From Prorocentrum cordatum (taxonomy: Eukaryota): a stretch of 64,000 nt of DNA. Location: NCBI GenBank assembly GCA_963575745.1, contig CAUYUJ010000143.1:1-64000 (forward strand), read 5' to 3'. A program made the position numbers and the translations under genes. Each line of letters starts with the position of its first letter. The stretch's first letter is position 1. Of the stretch, positions 22,937 to 35,089 are shown one piece after another. The notes under the pieces were generated by a model. It ran no database searches, was not told the origin of the DNA, and was given only the letters and a program-made list of their open reading frames with translations.

Positions 22937-25900
22937 TAGGGTTCGAGTGAGGGTCCGAGCGCATGGGGTTGGAGGACCGTGCCACCCATGCATTCGCGGT
23001 GTGATGGCGACGCCGGCGGTGTATCGGCGCCATCGGCGTGGAGAAAATCGGGCTCTACGTCGGGCCGCATCGCCGATGCATCGGCGGTGCGGCACGATCC
23101 TCCGACCTCCAACCCCACCTACTCGGGCCCGTTTGGGAGCAACTGGCAACACACATCTTGCTGCCGCACGTTATCGAAATCGCGCGGCTACTCAACGCTG
23201 CAAGTCGTCGCGGTCATCGGGCGCCGCGAACCACCACAGCAAGGCAGCGGGCCGCGGCCTAAATCGCGGGGAGAGGGACGCAACGAAAGAAGTAGCAAGA
23301 ATAAACACAACAGAATGGAACGGACCTGATCCGCTCCGCTGAATCCTAAAGGCGCAATCCCCCTCCACCGAAGATCTCGGTGTGACCGCGAAGCACAGAG
23401 ACCAGCGGGGCAGGCGGTCTTCTCACTTGATGATCGGTCACGGGGGGCGCGCTGGTGCGCGCCTGTTTCTCGCTCCCGCCCGAGGCATCCCCTCTCCGTG
23501 CAAAAAAACAGACGAGTTGAGAGTGAGGGGGAGGAGAGGAGAGGCAAGCAACGCGCGCAAGGGCCACATCTGACACGTTACAGTCAGGCTACGACTACTA
23601 TGCTGTACGGAGCAATTAAAATGTACCAAACAAATCCTGGACAACTCCCCGGACAACCCAGACAACCTCTCCGAGATGGAGACGACATGTGCCCTAGCAT
23701 GTAAGCGTGGCCAACGCTTGAGCGAGAGCACCGTTCCCTACCAGGAATGTGGCTGGCACACTGGAGAGAGCACCTTCTTCAATCAGGGGTGTGGCTGGCG
23801 CTCAAGCGAGAGCAACACCCAGTGCTCGGGCGACAGCTCGCTTCCCTATCGAGAGTGTAGTCACCGCTCAGGCGACAGCACCACTCCCGTTCAGGGATAT
23901 GGCCGGCGCTCCAACGACAGCACCATTCGGCACCTCCCCCGCGATTCCATGGGAGTCCTGTGTCTGCTCATCCTTGGGTTAGGGCATCTTTGTGCACAGA
24001 GTTCCGAGGCTGTCTCAGGCAGAACTGGCTGGACAACCTCGCGCGCAGCATCTCAGAAGCCATAGTTTCGAGGATGTCTCAGGCGAAACTGGCTGGACAA
24101 CCTCAGGTCAGGACATGCAATCCCCGAACTCAGAATTGCGAGGATGTCGCAGCGGAAAGTGGACGCACGCTGAGGAATGTGAAGACAGAAGGTTGAAGAA
24201 TGAGGAGGCCCAAGAGAGGGCTTGGGTAGGATTGCGCCTGGACAACCCCCGGACAACCCCCCGGACAACCCGGTTGACGACCCCCGGACAATCCCCTCGA
24301 GAATCCGACGTGCGGGGGGAAGGCCGTGTCCTTGTATTGGGGGTCGCCGGTGGCTCTCTTCTCTCGGACCACCTGAGGTCAGGGCATCTCTAAGACCAAG
24401 ATTGCGGGAACGGACAACCTCGTGGGCGGCATCTCCGAGCCCAGACTTACAAAGATATCGCAGGCGAAACCGGCCGGAACACCTCAGATCTGGGCATGCG
24501 TGAGCCCAGCGTTACGAGGATGTCTCAAGCGAAAGTGGCAAGACAATGTCCTCATTTTGAGCATGTCTCTGTGCGCTGGTCCCACAGATGGAACTAACTT
24601 CTACAACTGCAAGGATTTCAGCCAACCACGCTTCGTGGAGAACAACGACCAATGAGGATGTGCGAGCGGGGGCGGGTGGACGCGAGGGAAGAGGAACGAA
24701 CAAGAGGGGAAGGAGGAGAGAAGCGCCCTTTCCAGCTGGGTTTGACTGGCTCCGCCATGATTCTGATGATATTGATGATTATGGCATGTGCGTGCGCTGG
24801 CAAACCGGAACGGCACGGACAACCCGTTGCATGGACAACCCCGCGAGGGAGCCGGACAACCCCAACCCAGAGAACACCCCCGGACAACCCTCCCTGGATG
24901 CTTTTCTTTTCGATGCTACCTAATATAAGGAACGCTACTGAGAATGAGCGAGACCTTTCTTGGGCAGATAGAGGAAGAACCATGAAAGGATTTGGGGAAT
25001 CACGAACCCTCCTGAACCCAACGCGATCCTTATTTCAGCGTCTTGACTGCACCTGTCCCCCTCATCCCGTCCCACTGCGCCGAACAACGTTTCCATCCGC
25101 CCGGTAGGGTGCCCTAGAAGACCTCGACCCCCGAAGGGCAGTCGCACAACCCGACCCATCGCTTGCTGTGCAAAATCGGAAGGGGGGGCTCTCCGTGCAC
25201 TGGAGGAGGGCGGCAGCAGCAGAAGCCAGGAGAGGCGACGAAGGGCCAAAGGAGACTCGTGGCAACGCCTTCTTCGGGGAACCGGGCACGTCAATCGGGC
25301 GCGCGCTGGAGCGAGAGCGCCACTCCAAACGACGGAAGCAGCGGAGGAGGAGGAGGAGGAGGCGGGGGACGAGGGGAAGGAGGAGGAGGAGGAGGAGGAG
25401 GAGGAGGAGGAGGAGGAGTAGGAGGAGGAGGATGGAGGAGGAGGAGGAGGAGGAGGAAGGAGGAGGAGGAGGAGGAGTAGGAGGAAGGAGGATGGAGGAG
25501 GAGGAGGAGGAGGAGGAGGCGGAAGATGGATGAGGAGGAGGAGGAGGAGGAGGCTGCGCCGAAGGCGACGGCCACGGACAGCATGGCCAGCTCGAGTGCA
25601 GAACGCTCGACGTGACTGCGGCACAGACAGCGCGGGCCCGGTCTGGCGGCGTCCCAGTGCCCACGGGCTGCCCTGGCCGCATGGCAAAGATGCCTCCGCG
25701 GTCCAGCACGCACCGCCTCTGCTGCCCCCCATGGCACGCCAGAAGCGCAGCAACCACGGGATCACCCACGAGGTGTGGCACGTGTGGAAGTGCTCATACC
25801 GGTCACTGGATAGTGGATAGGCAAACCCAAGCTTGCCACGTCGCACCACCGAGCAAAAGCATGCGAATTAAGGAAGACAGAGGTGATGATTCTGGAGAGC

Positions 25901-26335
25901 AAGGGGGAAGGACACTGTCCTCCCCCTCGTTCTCCATGGTCGTTGCCTTCGTCTTCCCAAGTCCGCATGTCAAGAGGAGGCGAAAGAGGAGACGCATGAT
26001 CAAGATCACGACGATCATAAAGTATCAGGGTGGGGAGGGGAGGAAAGGAGAGGAAGAAAGATCAGCCGACTACCGAGAATAAGGGGAAGCAGGTGGAAGG
26101 TCTCCCCCCAGGCTCCCGGAGGCCTCCGAAGCCCTTCGGAAGCCTCTACAGAAGAGCACTAAGCCACGTAAACATCTAAAGTCGGAGGTCCGCGCGGATC
26201 TCTGGGAGCGGCGCCAAACTCCTGTCCACGGCGCGCGGAGCGCGCCAAGCGCGGTGCCAGAGGCGCTGCCAGGGGGGTCTAGCACCGATGCAAGAAATCC
26301 GCGCGGACTCCCAAAGCTCATGTTTGCGCTGATGT

Positions 26336-26435
26336 NNNNNNNNNNNNNNNNNNNNNNNNNNNNNNNNNNNNNNNNNNNNNNNNNNNNNNNNNNNNNNNNN
26401 NNNNNNNNNNNNNNNNNNNNNNNNNNNNNNNNNNN
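26336..26435. other. Assembly gap (100 N)
   Basis: Run of n. Confidence 1.
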
Positions 26436-27599
26436 CGCGAGGCCGTGGGCACCGATGCAGCCATCGCGCCGCACCCGAGGAAGCGGAGCAGGGAATCGAA
26501 GGGGCTCTTCTGGCCACGGCGAGCCGCGGCCACGGCCAGGAGGAGGAGGAGGAGGAGGAGGAGCAGGAGGGGGGAGGAGGAGGAGCAGGAGGAGGAGGAG
26601 GAGGAGGAGGAGGAGGAGGAGGAGGTGGAGAGGAGGAGCGCCCCACAAGAGAGAGCCCCTCCTGCTCCCAAACGCGGTCTCTACTTCGGCGCTCTGACTG
26701 CTTGCCTCCCCAGTGCGAGCACCGCGCAACGGAGTAGAGCGGCGTGCCCGCGGGGGCCGTCAGAGGATTCAGCAGGACGTAGCGGGTCGCTCTGTCCTGC
26801 GGGGGGTCGAGAAGGGGTGCGACGGGGTCCACGGGGAAGGAAGGATCTGGAATCAAGGCTCTAGCTAGGCAGTACTTCTCGTGCTCGCTCTGTCTACGTT
26901 TCCTGGGCAGTGGTTTTCGTTAATCGTACTGGGTTCGTCTTCTGTCGTTGGGTCTTCGTTCTGCCTTTGCTGCGAACCGGGATCAAAAACGAAAACGGTC
27001 CACGAAATCGCCAAAGCACCGTTTAGCTCGAGCCCTGCCTGGAATCGACGACGCGGCCGGTTAAATCGGCGATAGGCCCCCGACGGGGAAACCCGACGTT
27101 CCAGGACAAACTGAGGCGCCCCGGCCCCGATCCGGCAAAGAACGGGCGATCGCGAGTAACCAGTACTACGACGCGGCCAGCTACTCGGGGGACTGCTACC
27201 AGGCCGCCTACCCTTTTGTCCACAAATAACCCCAACCGAACCCAAACACTCAAATCTCAGGTTGGGGGGGGTACGGGTTCCACATGTGCTTTTTCAATGT
27301 TCCCCGACGCCCCCCCCCCACTGGGAAGGGAGGGCAAATCGGGGCCTTCGGGTTGGGTTGGAGTGGTTTGGTGGGTAGTGACCTCCCTATTCCGACAAGG
27401 ACGTGTACGTCCAGGACGACGGCGAACTGGCCCTGCTGGACGGCGGCGTCGACGCCTCCCCCCCTGAGCCGGTTCCCCCCCTTCGGAGGAGGGCCAGCTG
27501 AAGCAACGCCGGCTCTCCCGCCCGGCACAAGTCCACTCGAAATGGGCCCCCCGCCGGCTCTGACTGCAACAGGATGTCTGATGTCCTCGAAGCAGTAAA

Positions 27600-30500
27600 A
27601 AAGGAAAACACTATAATTGAAAGAAGGCGCCGACAAGCGCATACTTGTTGAGAGGATGCAGAACATGCAATCGCTTGTTGTCGCTGATGCACAAGATGCA
27701 ATCAAATTATTGTTGCTGCTGGCGGCTGGAACCGGCGGCTGCAAGCCACGCGGCGTGCCACGGCCGGAAGACCGCCAGTTTGTAGTTGAGCACCCGGTAC
27801 GCCAAAGTGCAGAGTTGAGGGAGGTGGTGGTCGTGCCAACCACGCAGCATGAAAGCGCTCCGTTCGGCCTGAGAGAGGTCGGCCGGGAGTGGTAGAGGTA
27901 AGTGGAGCCCGTGCGCTCGACGAACCGGCTCCGTGGTCGGACATTCGTGCATCATGTGGTGGGTGTTGTTGTCCACCTGGCAGGTGGGGCAGGTGCGCGA
28001 GGAGCAATCCGGATGCAGATGCGAAAGGCGCACTGCGTTGGGCTCGGCTGCCATCACGCACCTCTGTGCCAAAGCGAACCGGTCGTGGTCGGCCCCGGCG
28101 TGCTCGTTCAGCCACTCGCAGAGGGTCGTGTGGCAAGGCGCTGGTACGCGGCCGGCGGCCTCCTTGCGGAGCGTCCGTCGGTGGTAATGTGTCCAAATCC
28201 ATGCCCGCCATGCCTGGCGCACGTGGTGGTCCAGGTGTTCTTAGCGAAGGAGGCGAACATCGAAAGTTTGATGGTCGAAATGGTACTTCCATGGACTGTC
28301 TGTGGGCTGCCAGAAACGGGAGACGACTTGCCGGATCCGGGCAGCCAGGCGATAGCTCCACGATCCGTCCGCACGACCTCCGTGCTGCTCCTGCTCGTGC
28401 AGGTGGGTCCAGGCTCGCTCCATGGTGCGCGCGGTGTCCTCGCTACACGCCGCCTCCACGAGACACCGGATGAGAACCGAGAACTGCACCGCGAAGGGCT
28501 CCACGAGCCATCCTTTGTCCGTGGTGAGCCAGAAAGCACCGCCGTGCCTCCATGCCCAATGTCTTTGTCTCCGGTGATGGTCTTTTCTATGTCGTAGCGC
28601 ATGCTGTGCAGGTCCGTGTCGTCGGCCATGACCCACGGAGCGTCCCAGCGCCACAAGGACATGGTTGCTCTCACCATGGCCATGCGCCTCCTGGCCCCGA
28701 GCCTGGCAGCTTTGGCGATCCTGGCGATGCGTCGGAGTCGTTCCTGGAGCTCCCCTGCCCTCCGTTCGGTGCGCGGGCCGCTGCGGGGGTTGCGGGATCC
28801 AGTAAGGTCGAAAACGATGCCTAGCACCTCGATGTCGGTGTCGATGTGGTTGTCGGCGCGACTGTTGGTGAGGGGGAGGGGGAGGGGGAGGGTGCTGTCG
28901 GCGCGGTCGGTGCCGTTGGTAAGGAAGACCGCCGCCATAGAGCCCTTCTTGGGATCTTCGCGTTGTCCCGTGAGGCGGTCCAGACGTGCCACCTCCTGGG
29001 TATGATGTCGGTCTGCCTCCAAAGAGTTGGTCAGGGCCGTCCTGTCGTCGACGTACGTGTCGAAGTACTGCAGGCCGTCGACTGTGCTCTTCAAGACTGC
29101 CTTGTGCGTGGCGCCGACCACAGCCGCTCCCAGCGCAGAGCTCGGGTCGCCCTGTGCAAGACCGCTGTCTGGCGGTGGGGCGCGCATGGCGTACTCTCCA
29201 CCACGGAAAATTGTGGGCTTGTCCACGTTCACGGAGAAGAGGAAATGAGCGTGCGTGTCCGGCATGCCGTGAAGAATCGCCGCTCGCTCCGCCAAAGACG
29301 GGTCGATGTGATTGAAGCAGCTGGCCAGGTCACTGGTGCGTGCAACTGTCGGGAGGTTGTCGGCTATGCGCGCGGTGACGGCGGCCTCGAACCGGAGCAG
29401 CTGCCCGACCGCGTCTGTAGATTGGACCCTGGTGGTCCAGAAACGGTAATGTTGAACAAGGCACCTCGACAGGGTGCGCGTGACGACGGGGATGACGGCG
29501 ATCGGGCGCAGGTCCTGCGAGGAGATCTTCGGAATGAAGGTCACGTTCTGCGCGCGGAGCGCGTCCGGCCAGATGCCCTTGCCCATGATCATGTCAGCGA
29601 GGTCCGCCAGGTGCTGCCACGCAAGCGTGGGCATGGAGAGCAGGAAATCGGCGTCGTAGTCCGTGGGCCCGGCTGCGGTGCCCCGGCAACCACGTGCTGC
29701 CGCCTTGAGGCCTGCAACGGTGAACCTGTCCCACTCGAGGTGCCGCTTTCCGCCGCACTCCACGCACGGTCGGACTGGGGCCACGTATCTGGCGGCCTCG
29801 GCGAAATACTGGTCGAGGCTGGAGGTGTCTGGGGGAGCGGCCATCTTGGCGTCCCAGGCGCGCTTGGCTGCGGTCATGCTGGCGGCGCATCCCCCGGAGA
29901 GCCGGCCCGAGGTTGGATCGGTTGCGGCCGCAGAGGGGGCGTTGGCTGCGTTGCGGACGCAGGCGTAGGCAGACGTCATGGAATGATGCTGCTGTTGGTG
30001 TCTCCACTGGTTCAAGCGGGACTGGATGACCTCCTCCTCGAAGGCCGGGATGGCCCGTCGAACGCTGCAGACGGCGTCGTCGTAGGTGGCCGGGTGGGGA
30101 ATACAGCCGTCGGAAACCAGGGAGCCGAGGCTCCTGGCGAGGGAGGCGCTGAGTGCCGCGTCCTCGCCCTGGATGTTGCCGTACTGCAGGAGGCGCCGGT
30201 AGACGCGTCGGAGTCGCCGTTCTGCGACTGGCTGTCGGTGCTCCTCGGTGTTGGCGTGGTCCGCGGCAGATTTCCACACCTTGGTCCATCGCCGCACGTC
30301 GTCGCCGTCGGACCTGGTGAGGCTGTGCTGGGGGACACCGGCGCTGAGCTCCAGGGTGTCCGACCAAGCCTGCCAATACGTGCTCGGGTCGTGCCCGGCC
30401 GCCGCCTCGGCGAGGCGCGTGGTGGTGGCCGCGCGCTCCCATGCTTCCAACCACAAGGCTTTGGAGGCGGGAGGTGTCAGCGGGTGGTGGCGTCGTAGGG

Positions 30501-32135
30501 AGGTGACGTCGGCGTCGGCGCTCACGGCGAACTCCGTGCAGTGTTGGACGTGGTCGGATGGACTCTTGGCTGAAAGCTCGTGCGAGACAGGTGGGCCGAG
30601 CTTGGCATCGAGTGTCGTCAAACTGCGGCTGCGTGAATAATCGATGCACCTGCCGCCGGTATGCGTGGGGGCATCCAGGTGGCCCACAACTCGGTGGTCG
30701 ATGGTGAAGTCCGCGAGGGAAGAATAGTCGTCGTCGTCTGGCGGGGCATTCCAATCCCCAATCATGACTGTGGGTAGGTCGGCGGCAGCAGCGCGCACGG
30801 CGAGAGCATCTGCGAGAGCGGCCCTGCCGGCCTTCGATGCCGGCTTGGTGCCGGAGTGGCCGTACACTCCGATGATCAAGACGTCCGTTGAGCCGGCGCG
30901 AAGCACTGCTGATGCTACCCGGCCTCGTAGGGAGGTGGGCCAGCACCATGGATCGCGACGCATGCCTGCTGGACCGTAGATGGCCACGCCCGCTGTGTTC
31001 GGAGTGGTCGTGTGAGAGGCCGTTGCGAAGGCGTGGCCGAACTTGCTGCGCGCGGATACGCGCTCCTTCGCACGCGTCTCGTCCCAGTGAGTCTCTGTGA
31101 GCACTACGACGTCGGCATCCATGCGGGTCGCGTGTCGTAGAGCACTCCTGAGGTCGTCTTGGTTCGGGGCCCCCTGCACGTTCGAGTGCCAGACCGTGAC
31201 CGCCACCTGGCGGGCCCCTCTGTGGGGGGACGGGCCGATGTCGGAAGCTGGAGTGGGAGTGGTGAGCTGCTGTGTGCGACTGTCGTCGCCTGTAGTGGTG
31301 GGTGCGTGTCGGTGGTTCCCGCAACGGCGTCGGTGCGCAGGCGGGCCTGGATTGGCCGCCTCGCCGACCCTGCAGGCGTGGGTCCACCAAACACGGGGCC
31401 TGCATGACCGTCGCGGGCACCTTCACCTCAGAGAGTGCGGCCTCCAGCGTGCGACCTTGGCCTTGAGGGCCTCGGCGGTCTGCACTTCCTGATGTCGAAG
31501 GCCATGCTTCCAGAGCAACAGGTGGAACTCCTGGAAGCTGATGGGTGCTGGTGCTTGTATGCACGGGTCACAGAAGGCGTCGGCACGCTTCATCTTCTGG
31601 TGGCAGTGCTTGCACTGGAACTTGTACCTGTTGACGCCGGACTCGGAGACGAAGTACGGCACGGTGGTGTCGAGGTCGTGGGCGGCGTTCTGGAGAGCCT
31701 CGGGGGCGCGAGCCATCCTCTGACGCAGGTTCCGCTCGTGCCCCGCCTGTATGGCCGCCTGGTTGTTCTTCTGCAGGAAGGCCGCCACGGTGCGACGCGC
31801 ATCCGGGCCGAGCTTGTTGTCGGAGGCGGCCTGCTTGTACGTGCAGCCGCGGCAGTCGCGGCGGTGGTGGTGGAGGGGCTTGTTGGCGGCCCTCGGAGCA
31901 ATGCCTGTTGGTGGGACCCATCCACATCGATCGCATATGTTGCCGTCGCCAGGGCGAGCGTACCGATATCGCACGTCTCGTATGGTGTCGTAGAAGGCTT
32001 TGGCCGCTGGCGCCACCTCTTCTCCGGGGTGGGAGTCGAGCCAAGCAAGAGCGGCAACTTTAGCTTGTTGTATGGTGCCGGCGTCGGTGGGAGACGGCAT
32101 GCGCGTAAGCAACTGCTCTGTCCAGTGGTAAATGG
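27600..32135 (-). mobile_element. APE-type non-LTR retrotransposon (ZnF - 2A-like - APE - RT - C-terminal ZnF), recently inactivated
   Basis: APE motifs HSNVQG, LTETH, GDWNA, IDY, SDH. RT motifs FIPK..LRPI, DLASCFNHI, GLAQGDPSS, YVDD. C-terminal CPTC..H..HEC. Lesions are TGA at 31423, a frameshift near 28563 and TAA at 28241. Confidence 0.93.
28108..31206 (-). CDS. APE endonuclease-reverse transcriptase ORF of the LINE (frame stays open to 31422; tail after ~28563 is out of frame)
   Basis: 1032-aa ORF carrying the motifs listed for the element. Confidence 0.9.
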   Translation of the reverse strand: MAVTVWHSNVQGAPNQDDLRSALRHATRMDADVVVLTETHWDETRAKERVSARSKFGHAFATASHTTTPNTAGVAIYGPAGMRRDPWCWPTSLRGRVASAVLRAGSTDVLIIGVYGHSGTKPASKAGRAALADALAVRAAAADLPTVMIGDWNAPPDDDDYSSLADFTIDHRVVGHLDAPTHTGGRCIDYSRSRSLTTLDAKLGPPVSHELSAKSPSDHVQHCTEFAVSADADVTSLRRHHPLTPPASKALWLEAWERAATTTRLAEAAAGHDPSTYWQAWSDTLELSAGVPQHSLTRSDGDDVRRWTKVWKSAADHANTEEHRQPVAERRLRRVYRRLLQYGNIQGEDAALSASLARSLGSLVSDGCIPHPATYDDAVCSVRRAIPAFEEEVIQSRLNQWRHQQQHHSMTSAYACVRNAANAPSAAATDPTSGRLSGGCAASMTAAKRAWDAKMAAPPDTSSLDQYFAEAARYVAPVRPCVECGGKRHLEWDRFTVAGLKAAARGCRGTAAGPTDYDADFLLSMPTLAWQHLADLADMIMGKGIWPDALRAQNVTFIPKISSQDLRPIAVIPVVTRTLSRCLVQHYRFWTTRVQSTDAVGQLLRFEAAVTARIADNLPTVARTSDLASCFNHIDPSLAERAAILHGMPDTHAHFLFSVNVDKPTIFRGGEYAMRAPPPDSGLAQGDPSSALGAAVVGATHKAVLKSTVDGLQYFDTYVDDRTALTNSLEADRHHTQEVARLDRLTGQREDPKKGSMAAVFLTNGTDRADSTLPLPLPLTNSRADNHIDTDIEVLGIVFDLTGSRNPRSGPRTERRAGELQERLRRIARIAKAARLGARRRMAMVRATMSLWRWDAPWVMADDTDLHSMRYDIEKTITGDKDIGHGGTAVLSGSPRTKDGSWSPSRCSSRFSSGVSWRRRVARTPRAPWSEPGPTCTSRSSTEVVRTDRGAIAWLPGSGKSSPVSGSPQTVHGSTISTIKLSMFASFAKNTWTTTCARHGGHGFGHITTDGRSARRPPAAYQRLATRPSASG

Positions 32136-32143
32136 GCCCCCCT

Positions 32144-32375
32144 GGAGGCCTCCCGGACGGGGTCGGAGTGGACGGGGTCGGAGGATCGCGCCGCATCCGC
32201 GATGCATCGGCGATACATCGGCAATGCACCGGCGATGCATCGTCGACGTGGACGATGCATAGGCGACGTCGACGTGAAGCAAATCGGGCCCCACATCGAG
32301 CCGCATCGCCGATGCATCGGCGATGCGGCGCGGTCCTCCGACCCCATCCACTCCGACCCCATCTAAAAGGCCCGG
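32144..32375. mobile_element. MITE family D copy at the 5' edge of the LINE
   Basis: TIR GGGGTCGGAGTGGACGGGGTCGGAGGATCGCGCCGCAT / ATGCGGCGCGGTCCTCCGACCCCATCCACTCCGACCCC. Confidence 0.85.
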
Positions 32376-33609
32376 ACTGGAGCCCATCATGCCCCATCCT
32401 CCGAGGCAGCTCCAGCCGTGACCGCGAGAAGCCTCCAGGAGAGGCCCGCCAGGGGAGGCACAGCACGCCGGGGGAGGACGGCCGCCGTCCCGAGGGGCCC
32501 TCCTCCCGGCCTCGATCTGTCCAGGCCCGCTGACCTTGCCGTGGCCCTGGTTTCGTCGTTGGGGTGGGGGGGGGGAGGGAGGACGGAACTGAGGGGGGGA
32601 GGGGGAGAAGGGAGGAAAGAACGGGAGAAGGGGAGGGGAAGCGGAGAGACCGGGGGCGGGGGTCGGGGGAGGATGGGGAAGGGGGGGGGGAGGAGAAGAG
32701 TGGATGAGGAGGGGGGTGGGAGATTGAGGAGGGGGAGGGGAGGGGGGAGGGGGGGGAAGGGGGGAGGGGGAGGGGGCAAGCTAGGTGCGCTGGCGTCATC
32801 TCTGACGCCCTACCCCTCCCCCCCTCCCTTACTATGGCGTAGATATCCTCTTTATTCTCAAAATCGGATGTCGTAGCATGACATAGCATTACATGGTATA
32901 GTATGGGGTTGAAGATCAACGCGTAGCATGACATAGCATGGCGTGACGACTCCCCAAAGTGGGGGGGAGGAGGAGGGGCTTCTGCGGCATAAAATCAACG
33001 AATCGACACCGAATGTGTAATCACTTCCGATGGTTTCTTCGGGGGCTCGGCGCTGCAGCGGCAGCAGCGCGATTCGGAACGAGCGGAAGCGCGGAGCGGA
33101 AGCGCGGAAATGAGGCCGATGCTTCAGCGGGAGCACGACTCGGGCGGTAGGCCGAAAATGAAGCCAGCGCTTCAGCGAGAGCCGCATTTTGAACAGAAAC
33201 CCCAGCGAAAACCGTCTCCCGGGAAGCCTGTGTGTAAAAAATCCGTGCGCGGAGGAAGTCCGAGCACTTCCCAGACGCCACCCAGGGGAGAGAAAGAGAG
33301 AGAGAGAGAGAGGCGAGTCGTACTCATGCTGTGCAGCTGTGGAGGGGGAGGGAGGGGGGGAGAGAGAGGGTGGACGGGCTGGAGGGGGGAGAGAGGGGGG
33401 GAGGGGAGGGAGGGAGGGGAGAGGGGGAGGGAGGGGGAGAGGGAGGGGAGAGGGGAGGGAGGGGGGGAGAGGGGGGGGGAGGGAGGGGGAGAGGGGAGGG
33501 AGGGAGGGGAGAGGGGAGGGGGGAGGGAGGGGGGTGAGAGGGGGTGGACGGGCTGGAGGGCGGGGGGCCCCCTGCCGCCGCCCCGCGGGTCCCCGCTCTT
33601 GAAGGTCGC

Positions 33610-33726
33610 CTCCACGCGAGCGCAGACGGCCTCGGGCTCCTCGTGCTCCTCCTCCGCCGTGCCGGCCGCCATGGCCCGGGCCACCAGCGAGACCTCGAGG
33701 CGCCTGCTCGTGTCCCCGTCGGCGGC
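33610..33726 (-). CDS. Candidate exon of the host gene (AADGDTSRRLEVSLV...AVCARVE)
   Basis: High-GC3 codons, GAG|GC at both ends, phase 0. Confidence 0.45.
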
Positions 33727-34876
33727 CTCCCCGTGCACGCGCCGAGGGGCAGAAAAGCGTCGGCCCCGCGGCGCGGCCAGGCGCCCGCCCGCGGCCCCGG
33801 CCGCTTGTGCTCCCCCCCCCCCCCGCTGCTGCCAGGCTGCTTGCCCCGCGGCCCGCCAGGCCGTCCACCCCGCTCGCAGGGGGAGGGGGAGGAGGAGGAG
33901 GAGGAGGAGGAGGAGGAGGAGGAGGAGGAGGAGGAGGAGGATGCGGAGGAGGAGGAGGAGGAGGAGGAGCGGCGAGGGAGAAGAGGGAGGAGGAGGAGGA
34001 GAGGAGGAGGAGTTGCGGAGGAGGAGGAGGAGGAGGAGGCGGAGGAGGAGGAGGAGGCGGAGGAGGAGGAGGAGGAGGAGGCGGAGAGGAGGAGAGGAGG
34101 AGAGGAGGAGAGGAGAAGGGCCCCTGAGCAGTGAGCAGTCGGATTCGAGGCACAGGCGCAAAGCTTTTGGATGCCCGCGCGGAGTTCTGCGGATCGGCAC
34201 CGCCCCCCTGCATCGCCCAACTGGTGCGTCGTGGCCCGCGACGCGCGACGCGCGATCGCCCTCGCGGCCTCGCGTGGCCCCTCCTCTCCGGCCCAGGCCG
34301 CGGTGCGCCAAACCGGCTAGCTGCGCACCCCCTCGGGGCGGCCTGGGCCCCCCTCGGCGAAGCTGGACGACTAGCAGTCAAGGTACCCCTAGCCCTGTGG
34401 GAAGGGACCTGAGTTGGGAGGGCCACAAACACCAGGGATAGGGGGTCTTTTTTTTCTGAAGAGGTATCGAGCCAAACCGCCCAGATGATCTGTGGTCCCT
34501 CATGCAAAGACTGGGGCCTTCGTGATGCTACGCCGTCATCGTGGAATTAGGGTTGGGGCTTCTTGACTGGAGGCGCCGCAAGGAATGGTCCAGCGCCGAG
34601 GAGGAGGAGGAGGAGGAGGAGGAGGAGGAGGAGCCATGGGAGATCCGCGCGGCCTCCCACAGTCTACGCCCACAGTCGTGCTGCCAAAAGGAATGCTGGC
34701 CGAGCCACGGAGAAGCTTGCCCAGGCCACGGTGGGCCTCTCGGTCACGGACGGGTGTGCGTGTCTCGGGGTCCCCAAGGGCGTGCGGCGGCCCAGAGCCA
34801 AGGACGGGCCCGACAAGCAGGGCCCCTCCCCGCCCCCGAAGTGGTCCTCGCTCCAGCGCCGTAGCCGCGTGCTGAC

Positions 34877-35089
34877 TTCTGCCCCTCGGATGGAGAAGCC
34901 CCCCTCCGTCGACTGCCAGAGGTTGTACTGCTCGAGGATGGCCGCGGGCAGCAGCCCGTACATCAGCCGTGCCGGCACGAACTCCTGCTGGGCGCCCTCG
35001 AACTGCGGCGGTGGCAGACCGCGCGGCGACCTCGGAATCCCCCACGACCTCACTGCCCGGTCACTCACCCGCACGGGTCGGAGTCGGAC
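34877..35089 (-). CDS. Exon of the host gene (...QEFVPARLMYGLLPAAILEQYNLWQSTEGG...)
   Basis: Globular-looking peptide with high GC3. CAG|G acceptor and GAA|GTCAGC donor are plausible but the boundaries are uncertain. Confidence 0.7.

Noticed and set aside
22748..22960. TAGGGTT motifs as telomeric repeats
   Set aside because: They are isolated or part of an 11-mer (TAGGGTTCGAG), not tandem TTTAGGG.
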